Below, piece by piece: positions 37,097-46,337 of a stretch of DNA of 64,000 nucleotides (position 1 is the stretch's first letter; every line of letters starts with the position of its first letter). A model generated the notes under the pieces. It ran no database searches. It was given only the letters and a program-made list of their open reading frames with translations, and was not told the DNA's origin. The position numbers and the translations under genes were made by a program. The DNA is from Macrostomum lignano. Taxonomy: Eukaryota. The stretch covers positions 1 through 64,000 of the forward strand of contig NIVC01000744.1 in the NCBI GenBank assembly GCA_002269645.1, in the 5' to 3' direction.

Positions 37097-40018
37097 CTAC
37101 GCATGAGAGGCGAACTGGGGGCCGTTGTCGGAGACGAGAATCCTTGGCAGGCCCAAGTTGCAGAATACGTCACGGAGATGCCCGATGGTCCCGCCAGCAG
37201 ACGTGTCGCTGATGAGGCGAACTTCGGGCCATTTGCTGTAGGCGTCGACAATGACTATGTACATTCGACCGTTGACTGGGCCGGCGAAGTCGACATGTAG
37301 GCGGCTCCATGGTTCGTTGGGGAACAGCCAGGGATGCACTGGAGCCTTTGCTGGGTCTGCCTGATGAGCTCTGCAGGTGTCGCACTCTCTCCCGAGCTGC
37401 TCTAGTTCCTTGTCTAGCCCAGGCCACCAGACGAAGCTCCGTGCGAGGGCCTTCATTCGGCTCGCACCGGGATGTGCCAGATGCAGCTCCCGCAGCACCG
37501 ACTGGCGCAGGGTGTCCGGGATAACGACGCGAGATCCCATCAGCACACAACCGGCTTCGACTGAAAGCTCTGCTTGACGATGGGCGAAGTCCGGGAAGTC
37601 GTTAGCTGGCAGCTCCTGTCCCGACCGCAGGGCCCACAGCAGCTTTGACAGTGCCGTGTCGGCTTGAGTTGCCTTGGCAATGGCAGCAGCAGTCACTGCG
37701 ACGCTCGAATCGTCCTCTAGAGTGAGCGAGTGCACCGCGGCTTCTTCGACGAAGTTGCCCTTGAGCGGCAGGCGGGAGAGGGAATCGCAGTTTCCGTGCT
37801 TCTCGGCCGGCCGGAACTCCATGGAGTACTGGTAGCCCGATAGTCGGATGGCCCACCTCTGCATTCTGGCAGCAGCGTGCGTCGGGATTTCCTTGTCCGG
37901 GCCCAGCAGTCCGAGGAGCGGCCGATGATTCGTCACGATGGTGAAGTGGTGACCGTAAAGAAATTGGTGAAAGCGCTGCACGCCGTAGATGATTGCCAGC
38001 GCCTCCTTGTCCAGCTGGGAGTAATTGCGCTGGGCTGAGGTCAGAGACTTGCTGGCGAACGCGATCGCTTGGTCTTGGCCGTTCACGCGGTGGCTGAGCA
38101 CGACGCCAATGCCGTATGCTGACGCGTCGCACTCCAGCCGAAGAGGCAAGTCCGGGTTGAAGTGCATCAGGGCACCAGAGTCCAGCAACAGCTGCTTTGA
38201 AGCACGGAAGGCCTGGTCCTCGGGATCGCCCCACTTCCAAGTTGCGCCCTTGGTAAGCAGGTGGTTGAGAGGTGCTGCAACCGACGCCAAGTTGGGCAGG
38301 AACTTTGCATAGTGAGTCAGCATGCCCAGGTAGGAGCGCACCTGACTCACATCGGTCGGCGCCGGCGCACGCTGCACGGCCTCGATCTTGTCAGCGAGTG
38401 GCCGCAAACCGTGACGGTCGATCCGGTGACCCAGGTAGTCGATCGAATCTCTGAAGAAGGCGCACTTGGTCACGTTGATGTGCAGACCGGCCTCTTGCAG
38501 CTTGTGCAGCACTTGCATCAGGTTGGCCTTGTGCGCAGCCAATGTAGAGCCCGTCACCAAGATGTCATCCTGGTAGACTTGAACACCGTCGAGGTGCCCC
38601 GCCAGGGTGTCGAGCACGCGCTGGAAGATGGCGCTGGCTGAGCAGATGCCGAAGGGCAAGCGGTTGACTTGAAACAGTCCTCGCTGGGTGTTGACGACGA
38701 GGAACTGCTTGCTATCCTCGGAGATCGGCAGCTGCATAAACGCCTTGGCCAGGTCGAGCTTGCTCCACTTGTAGCCGCCGCCCAGCCGTGCGAACAGGTC
38801 CTCGATCCTCGGCAATGGATAGTGCTCCTGCTTGGCCGGGAACCGGGACCACAGGAGGCGGGCCTGAAACAGAAGGTGGGAGGCAGCGGCAGAGCTTAAG
38901 CAAGCGGAGGCAAGCAAGCTGGTTGGCACATAGCAGGTGCCATAGAAGCGAAACAGAAAGTTGGCAAGCTGGCTGGGGTCATGCGCTCTGGACAGCGGGT
39001 CTGCGAGCAGCTGGAAGCGGCCAGGCACATGGTGCGCGCGGACGATGATGTCGCGTTGAATGCAGGTCAGGGCGACGCGCTTCTGCAGGTCGGCAATACC
39101 TTGGTGCTTGGCGGAACCCGAGTTAATGATGCCGCAGGCGGCGGTGCTGTCAGTGTAGACTGAAACCGAGCAGCCGCTGAAGGCTTCTTGGTGCTGCAGA
39201 ATCGCAACCAGCGGGGCGGCGCACTCCTTGAGGTCGTTTTTCTCGTTGATGGTGAAGCCAAGCCGGGTGAGCAGGTTGCGCAGCTCGTGGTAGGCCCTGT
39301 CACACTCGGCTTTCGTCCTGGCCATGACGAGGAAGTCATCGATGAAAACGACGGTTGCCAGGAACCCCTTGCGACACATCATTCGCCGGGCCGCTTGCGT
39401 GAGGCGATGGAAAATGCTGACGGAGGCTCTGCTGCCGAATGGTAACCGCGTATCCACCAGGAAGGTTGAGCAGCCGTTGCCGAAGTCCCAGTGGGTGCCG
39501 GTGGCTTGGTAGCACTGCGGAGAAATTGGCACGCTGCGGTAGGCTGACGCGATGTCCACCTTTGCCATAAACCAGCCGGGCTGCATCATCCTGACGGCCT
39601 CGTCGACGGAGGTGAAGCGGAGACGCCGTTGTTGGGCATAGTGATCGTTCAGGCTGCAGCCGCGAGGGACGGAGCAATCATGGATTAGCCGGATGCCGGA
39701 GCTGTCTTTCGGAATGGCTCCCAGCGGACAGACCATCGCAGGCTTGTCCACGACTGGGACGTACCTACCGAGCCGGATTTCTTCTCCGATAACAGCTTGG
39801 ACTTGGTCGCGATTCCGGTTGACGGACTGGTAGTTGCTGCAGAGACACGGCGTAAAGTCGAAGTCATCGACAATGGAGAAGCCGCTCTCGATGCCGTCGA
39901 GAATAAAATCAGCGTCGGGGTCGCCCACAAGCTCGGAGCGCCAGGCGTCGATGCAGAGATCGCCCACTGGCTGCGTCAGATCGGACATCCGCACTGGAGG
40001 CTTGACGATGCAGGGCAC
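37097..40018 (-). CDS. 973-aa pol ORF containing two reverse transcriptases, two RNase H regions and a truncated DDE integrase
   Basis: DIRS-type RT: LGAIPKDSSGIRLIHDCS, MAKVDIASAYR, LPFG, FIDDF. RH tail: VYTDS..HHVPG..LADPLSR. Then Gypsy RT: YPLPRIEDLF, SKLDL, LPFG, YQDD. Gypsy RH: CDASAYGIG, DKEALA, ADSLSR-like. IN: HLAHPG..C..C, HVDFAGP, SDNGPQF. Confidence 0.9.
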   Translation of the reverse strand: MPCIVKPPVRMSDLTQPVGDLCIDAWRSELVGDPDADFILDGIESGFSIVDDFDFTPCLCSNYQSVNRNRDQVQAVIGEEIRLGRYVPVVDKPAMVCPLGAIPKDSSGIRLIHDCSVPRGCSLNDHYAQQRRLRFTSVDEAVRMMQPGWFMAKVDIASAYRSVPISPQCYQATGTHWDFGNGCSTFLVDTRLPFGSRASVSIFHRLTQAARRMMCRKGFLATVVFIDDFLVMARTKAECDRAYHELRNLLTRLGFTINEKNDLKECAAPLVAILQHQEAFSGCSVSVYTDSTAACGIINSGSAKHQGIADLQKRVALTCIQRDIIVRAHHVPGRFQLLADPLSRAHDPSQLANFLFRFYGTCYVPTSLLASACLSSAAASHLLFQARLLWSRFPAKQEHYPLPRIEDLFARLGGGYKWSKLDLAKAFMQLPISEDSKQFLVVNTQRGLFQVNRLPFGICSASAIFQRVLDTLAGHLDGVQVYQDDILVTGSTLAAHKANLMQVLHKLQEAGLHINVTKCAFFRDSIDYLGHRIDRHGLRPLADKIEAVQRAPAPTDVSQVRSYLGMLTHYAKFLPNLASVAAPLNHLLTKGATWKWGDPEDQAFRASKQLLLDSGALMHFNPDLPLRLECDASAYGIGVVLSHRVNGQDQAIAFASKSLTSAQRNYSQLDKEALAIIYGVQRFHQFLYGHHFTIVTNHRPLLGLLGPDKEIPTHAAARMQRWAIRLSGYQYSMEFRPAEKHGNCDSLSRLPLKGNFVEEAAVHSLTLEDDSSVAVTAAAIAKATQADTALSKLLWALRSGQELPANDFPDFAHRQAELSVEAGCVLMGSRVVIPDTLRQSVLRELHLAHPGASRMKALARSFVWWPGLDKELEQLGRECDTCRAHQADPAKAPVHPWLFPNEPWSRLHVDFAGPVNGRMYIVIVDAYSKWPEVRLISDTSAGGTIGHLRDVFCNLGLPRILVSDNGPQFASHA

Positions 40019-40069
40019 GGGAGCGGGCTGAGCGAGGCAGTTAAAAGCAGGAGGGGTAAAATCGGTTTC

Positions 40070-40102
40070 GCGCGCCGTGTCGGCGCGCTCGCTCAGTTTT
40101 TT
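40070..40102 (-). promoter_or_regulatory. Candidate -1 programmed ribosomal frameshift signal (A_AAA_AAC + 7-nt spacer + GC hairpin)
   Basis: On the - strand: CAC GCA AAA AAC TGA GCGA GCGCGCC GACAC GGCGCGC. The -1 frame is open into the pol ORF. Confidence 0.7.
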
Positions 40103-41109
40103 GCGTGATTTTGCTCGGAGTGGCTGCCCTCACAGATTCGGCAGGCATGGAGGAATCGGCAGTTGCTCCTCATGCAGCCGTTGGTGCTGTTGAAGGACAA
40201 GCACAGCTCGCGGCCTGAGGATGTCCGCGGACCCATGACGCGGCTCTTGTTGCTAGGCTGGTTTCGCTTGGCTGTCTGGTTGTACTGGTCCGTCTTAATG
40301 CTGAGCAGGTGCCTGATCGACATCTGGGCGCAGTCTTTGCCCCAGCGAAGGCTGTTAGCTGCGCGGTGCTGGCGGTAGTCATGGTCGAATCTGATCACCC
40401 GGTGCGCTGGGAATCTGTCGAATAGCTCGGCCACCTGGACATTGTACTGGGCGTAATCTTTGACTTGCTCAGTTGTGCTGTACACTTGGCCCTTGCTGGT
40501 CACCTGCGGCGCTGTGTCTTCAAGTATCTGAAGCAGGACCTTCATACTGCCGGCGAACCACTGCCCAATTGTCATGCCGTCCAGCTTGGTCGTCGACTTC
40601 TTGAGCACGAGGCCGCCAGAGCTGCCCCTGGTGAGCAGCTCGTCAGCCTGGCCTGACAGATCATCGACAAAGTCTCTGACGAGTAGACACGGCTGCCCGA
40701 CCGGCCGGGGGTTGGCTCTAGCGCTGACGGGGCCTGTTGGGTTGATAAGTTCAGCGAAAAGATTCTGCTGCTCACCTGATTCTGTACGAGCAGTCACGAC
40801 GGCGCGTTCCCGAAGCTCTCGCTCGCGTGTTTGAAGCTCTAGGAGCTGCAGCCGTTTCTGCGCCCGCCGAATCTCGCCGTCCAGGTCCGCCTCCCGTGGG
40901 TCCCGGCCTTGGTCTTGGAGCTCCTCCTGCGCACAGGGCGATGCCGATGCCGATGTCAATGCCGATGTCCCGCCGTCTTGAAGCTGTGACTGCCCCTCGT
41001 GTTGTCTCAGTCTGGCTTGCAAGGCCGACTTATTGCCTGCGGTTGAGAGGCCTCGGCTACCCAGCTCACTCTTGAGTTGTTTGACTGTTAGTCGGTCCAC
41101 ACGATGCAT
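40093..41109 (-). CDS. Gag-like ORF1 of a Ngaro/DIRS element: N-terminal SAP domain, C-terminal Cys/His zinc finger
   Basis: LTVKQLKSELGSRGLSTAGNKSALQARL matches the SAP consensus. C-terminal CLSFNSTNGCMRSNCRFLHACRICEGSH. FDHDYRQHRAANSLRWG is typical of DIRS-group gag. Confidence 0.8.
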   Translation of the reverse strand: MHRVDRLTVKQLKSELGSRGLSTAGNKSALQARLRQHEGQSQLQDGGTSALTSASASPCAQEELQDQGRDPREADLDGEIRRAQKRLQLLELQTRERELRERAVVTARTESGEQQNLFAELINPTGPVSARANPRPVGQPCLLVRDFVDDLSGQADELLTRGSSGGLVLKKSTTKLDGMTIGQWFAGSMKVLLQILEDTAPQVTSKGQVYSTTEQVKDYAQYNVQVAELFDRFPAHRVIRFDHDYRQHRAANSLRWGKDCAQMSIRHLLSIKTDQYNQTAKRNQPSNKSRVMGPRTSSGRELCLSFNSTNGCMRSNCRFLHACRICEGSHSEQNHAKN

Positions 41110-41377
41110 GATAGCCAGAGCCAGATAGTCGCAAAAAAAATTTTACGAGCCAAAGCGCTCTCGCAGCGCGCACGAGAGAGCGTGAGCGCACAAATAAAAG
41201 GGGGCCGACGCCGCCCACCCCCAACCCAACACCCCCGCCTGCCGGCCGGCACCCAGCACCCCACCTTGCGGCAGGGATGCACACGCGCGGGCCGCACGCA
41301 CAGACGGGCGGAGGGGGCGGCCCCGTCGGCTAAACACGATTACAGAGCCGGTTAAAACCGGCCCCTGAAATCGCAAC

Positions 41378-41920
41378 CATAAAATACCTATCCGGGCATT
41401 TGGGAGCTGTGTTATTTAGCTGGAAAATAGATGCCATTTTTCATCTTCAGGGATGAAGCCCTGGGCTGGATTATTAATCTAGCAGACTAAAAGAGTAAAA
41501 GTCCTCAGGAAGCGGTCCAAGTCGCTGCAAACAAGTATAGGTCCTGTGAAAGATTTAATTTCTACTACTGACTGAGAAAAGTAGACGAATAAAGATTTGA
41601 ATCGTAAAATCTCTCACAGGGTCGAATAAAGATTCGCCATAAAGGAAACGCTTTTGCACACTGAGAGCGGTGTGAGAGGATGGCGTGTGGCTGCGACTAC
41701 TGACGATGGCAAACAGGCGAGGTTCCACCGAGACTTCTAGTTAGTCAACAGGTCCATCGTTCCAAAAAGGGAACACTTATACAAAATTCATGATAAGCAT
41801 GTGGTGTACATCAAACTATTGATATAATACTCAGTCTTGAAGCTCTGGACTTTAATAGTTTTCCCCCCGATCTCATCACCATCAATGAGACTTATTTAGA
41901 TACAGACGTTAAACCATACA
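41378..41920 (+). repeat. Dispersed ~540-bp repeat, copy 1
   Basis: Aligns by eye (roughly 80%) with 51922-52420, e.g. CCATTTTTCATCTTCAGGGATGA.GCCCTGGGCTGGATTATTAAT and GAAAGATTTAATTTCTACTACTGACTGAGA. Confidence 0.85.
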
Positions 41921-42049
41921 AATTAACAAATTGGGATTGGGATTGGGTCAGCAATTGGGATTACTGACCGGCCAGCCAGACACCCACCACCCGGCTTGAT
42001 TGGGGTTTGGAGAGACTCGAGTATATGATCATCATATATATGAGACAAT

Positions 42050-44170
42050 ATATGACGGCGCGGTCAGATCCCACTTCTCCTTTTTGTTCTGGTTTTGTTC
42101 TCATCTCCCGGCCGTTTTGCCATCTGCCGCGCTTTGAGGCGCCTATCGAGTCGAGACCCCGGCCGATATTTTATTGCGTTGCCCGACCGCAGTAGCCTTG
42201 CCGGCGTAACATTTGCGACGACCTCGTTCAGAGTTTGTCGCCGGCAAGCGCGGTCTGGACAGGAGCTGTCGATTTGACACAGTACGCGACCTCGATTCCG
42301 AGGGCCCCATGCAGTGTTTCACTGAAATGCAAAAGTGGTAGGATTTGACCAGGGATTCGCTGAACTGTCAGTGTCCTCTGTCAGTGGCCGTCAGTGTCCT
42401 CTTCTGAGAGTAGGACCTTGGGGTTAGGCCAGGTGTGTAGGGAGCTTCTCCGCTAGTCTCGTGTTCTGGTTTCATCGTTTCACTTCTTCCAGCGCTGAGA
42501 TCCGCTCATCGATTTGCGTTAATTATATTACTATTATTTATCAGGTGCTAATCTGCGAATCTTATTGTTTAGATATGTGAATTTCAAGTTAATCGTGAGT
42601 ACACGAGTCAAACCTATTATAAGCATCAGCCGTTCTATCAGAATAGGGTTATCTTATCACTCAATCTAAATCTATCTGGAAGTGTGTTCAACCGTGTTAT
42701 TCATTTACTTGTACCGTACCTGCGACTGGTGGAGAAATCTTGGTAGGACTCACCGACCGGCGATAGGCAAATAGTAATTAATGGCTTTAAAATCTCCGAT
42801 CGCTGGGAATCCCCTGGGAATCCGACGAAAGGCACCTGGCCAGAGACTGCCCAGCTAGACGGAACTCTTTAAACTACCAACGGGGCGGCACCAAGGGAGG
42901 GTCAACCGCCCCCAACCACTGAATCGATTCGCTCCCAATAGAAGAGCTGCAGCAGTAGAGGACCAGCAAGTCAGATCAGGGAATGTAGAATATGGTAATT
43001 TAGTCTGGTATAATTATTATAGAGGCTACGGATTCCTACGAGATAGCAAAAATAGAGATACATGTATTTTCTTTCATGCAACTAACACTGATATTTCAAA
43101 CGACTACAAAATTATGAACTTCCTGCGCCAGAGAGTAACAGTAAAATTTATCCGCGCCAACGATACTACTCATAGTAGGAAGCAGAGAGCAGTCGGTGTC
43201 AAAATTGCTCAAGAGAGGAACGAAGATTATCAGAAATCGATAGACAGAAGTCAGCGAACTTAGCTAGACAGTCAGAGCCATCGACAGAAGAATTAGAGAA
43301 GCGAAGCGAAGCTGCGGTAGCCCAGAGATGTGCGTTGAGCAGCATAGACTTGAGACTTAGTGAAGTCGAAGGAAAGAACGCTTCGACAGACGAATCAAAA
43401 GTAGCAAGAGAGCCATCAGATCTTAAAAACGCATTGCAGGACTTGCGCCAATGGTTGGTTGGGAAAGTCCAAGCGGAGTCAGCGAAAGAAGAGCCAGACA
43501 AGAGTGCAACAAGAACTGAACTTGGAACTGAACTTAGGGAAATGAAGCAGGAATTAAGAAAGTTAGAGACAGCCATCCAGCGAGATGTGGCAGCTAAGAA
43601 AGCAACAGAGAAGCAAGAGTCAGAGAAGAGCATAGAAGCAGAAATATCAAGTCAAGTAGTGAATTCCGGATTATTTCTCGACAGCCAGATCAACGGATTA
43701 AGCGAAAAGATTTTAGTTGACACCGGCGCCTCGAATTGTCTTATTGAAAATAAATTATATCAGCACCTCTATCCAGAAAACCTAGTCTGAAGCCATGCTC
43801 TGTAAATATGCGATCCGCAAATGGCCAGATTTCAAACCTATTAGGCCAAGTGGCATTGCGCTTGCGCGTCAGATTTGGTGACTGCGAGATCACGCACCCA
43901 TTCTATGTTGCTGAAGGATTACTAACGTTAAAATTAAATTAGATATTGCGGGAAAATCCTTAGAATTCAGTGACCGAAGAATTTCGCTTGCAACATCGAG
44001 TGATAAAACGCGTTGCGTCCCTACTGGAAGTAATCAAGAAGATATCTATAGCACCGATGAGCGAAATTTATGTCAAGGCCAAATGTAAAGATATCCCAGG
44101 ACCCAGACGCTGCAGAACTCGGCTTCATCTCAGGCCGTCATCAATTTGGCGAGAAAGATGAGCCACTGGT
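42050..44170 (+). mobile_element. Degraded Ty3/Gypsy LTR-retrotransposon 5' remnant (coiled-coil gag + aspartic protease)
   Basis: ORF 43335-43790 ends with ILVDTGASNCLI (retropepsin), followed by stops and frameshifts. A possible tRNA-Ala PBS TGGTGGAGAA lies at 42727-42736 (weak). Boundaries are approximate. Confidence 0.6.
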
Positions 44171-46337
44171 AGCTACTGTTATGTAGCTACCAGATTTTTC
44201 TGTTATCTTCTGCCCACAAGCCAGAAAGACTTTCTAACACACTGGCCTCTAAGGGCCCTGTTATGAGTGTGAGGCTCACATCTCCGAATCTCTCTCTCTG
44301 CCGAAAATTATTCAAGACAGTGTATTTTATAGTCAAGCAAACAAACTGGTTTATAGTTGACAAAATGAAGAGCAATGCATAGTTTGAGTGGGGCAGGGTT
44401 ATCGCTCGAGCATTTTTCTCTGTCCTTTTGTTAGGCAACCATATCACCCCCAAGAATTGCTGCGAGTCCACTGTGTCACGCGTTCGCAATCTGCTGGCTT
44501 GGCCTTCGAACTTCAGCTTTTGTTATCTGTCCTTTAGTGTAGAGCTGGTCTGGCTGGATAGCACCAGTTGGGACGAGAGGAGGCCGTTGTTTTTTTTCGC
44601 TTCGATGTCAGCAAAATTCCAGTGCTTACAAGCTAAATCTATTACTAGATTAGACGAATCTGGTGAAGCCTTACGTTAGACTGATGAACCTGACAGAAGA
44701 GGCTCAGACGATTCATAAGGATGAGATAGTTGCGCAGAAGGAAGATGTAGAATAGATGTAGTAGATGTAGTAGTAGATGTAGTAGATAACCGCTGAAGGA
44801 AGATGTAGAACTTTTTGCAATATCAGAAACTGATTTAGAGACAGGTGCGCAAAAGCAACAGAAAGCAGCAGTCACGACGCAAAAAGTATTGTAGAAAGAA
44901 TTAGAAAGCAATTCCGCTAAAACGAGACCGTTTTAAGTGAGGCTCAGAATACAAAAGTAATTGAATTGTTACATCGTTACCATGCTCTTTCGCACACATC
45001 GGCTCGCGCGTCCACTCTTCAGTTCCCACGCTCTTCGGGTTGATTGCCAGATTTTTGTGTGCCCGTCTCCAGCCCAGGCACGTGCCGCGCTCATTGCTCT
45101 TCTTCAGCTGTTTACGCTGCCTTTTTTAAGCGTTGAAAGCGAAGTTTGAAGCCGCCGAGAGCTCGTCAATTGTAGAGTCGTTTCTTTGGACTCCAGCCTT
45201 AGAATTGAGTAGATAGAGGCACCTATTCTAGTTTCAAGAAGAGCATCAATTTTACAGTAAAATAAAAGCCTCCATCTAAGCGCGAGCACAGTACAAGTCG
45301 GCCGAAAGGGAACGAGAGAATTCAGGTGCAAATGGCAAACAGAATGCTACCTGTGACGCCCTCACGTATTACTCATTACACTGTTCGGTACTTCTGCACT
45401 TGATATGCTGCAGCAGGATGTTAGCAGCGAGTCCAATGCATCTTGTAGTGCCTGCCCTGGCTTCTCTGGTCAGCAATCAAGTTTGCTTTACGGGAAAAGC
45501 GTTGCGCGGAAATCTACGAGTATTTGAAAATTTAGAGTCCCAATTTTGCTTTAAATTTTTTTGTCCAAAAAGGCTTTGGCTAAAACATGTACCGATGGAA
45601 TGCATGCCAAAAATATAAGTTGACATAACACGCGGACTTTTGCTTTTTCTCACTACTGAAATAGGAAAATTTGTTAATCAAACTACTGTGTATTTGAATT
45701 TGAACTGAACACAGCATGCGTTAGTTTGAGGGGTAGCAAGTAGACGCTTCGAAACTGCAGTTCACTCAATGCTGCAGTACTGAAAGCAAATCCACCGAGA
45801 ATCATAAAGTTACTAAAACGGTAGCTGGATTTTTCGAAGTGCAGAATCATCGAGATTATGCGAAAATATAATATTTAATTTCTAGAAATAATTGTTATAA
45901 TGCTAAGTAGTTTTAGCTTGTACGGCTGTAGCCAAAGAATCTGGGACACTCACGCACAAAACCGAAAAAGACACTTGCGAGCGTAAATTGATACCTCCAG
46001 CCTCTTTGGCAAAAGCTATCGCAGAAAATAATGCAACCCATCTTAAATTAACAGTGGGAATTCAAACGAATCATATTTTCTCCAAAAAATCCAACAGAAG
46101 CGAACAATTACTCCCTGTCTGTACAGTCAGCTTGATAAATAAAACAAAACGGTAGTTCGCTCTCAAAATATTCCTAATCCAAGTGAGTTATAAAGCTTTG
46201 AATTAGAACACAATCTTAGCTCATACGAAATCGCAATTAGGCTTGCCTGTTCTCTGAACTACGAAATAAAAATACAAAGTTTTGGTCATTTCATATCACC
46301 ACTAGGCTCATCTAAGTTCGGATGAGTCCAAATTCCC

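Larger units (their letters stand above)
37040..41370 (-). mobile_element. Chimeric retroelement: DIRS/Ngaro-type gag + RT/RNaseH fused in frame to Ty3/Gypsy RT-RNaseH-integrase
   Basis: See the two CDS entries. GC-rich block with sharp boundaries against AT-rich flanks. No LTRs, split repeats or tyrosine recombinase ORF were recognised. Confidence 0.8.

Noticed and set aside
38261-39930. Tyrosine recombinase in alternative frames of the DIRS region
   Set aside because: No RHRY-type motifs were found in the listed overlapping ORFs, so YR is considered absent.
44600-44911. GTAGAT-rich stretch and 88-aa ORF
   Set aside because: Low complexity with no recognisable domain.
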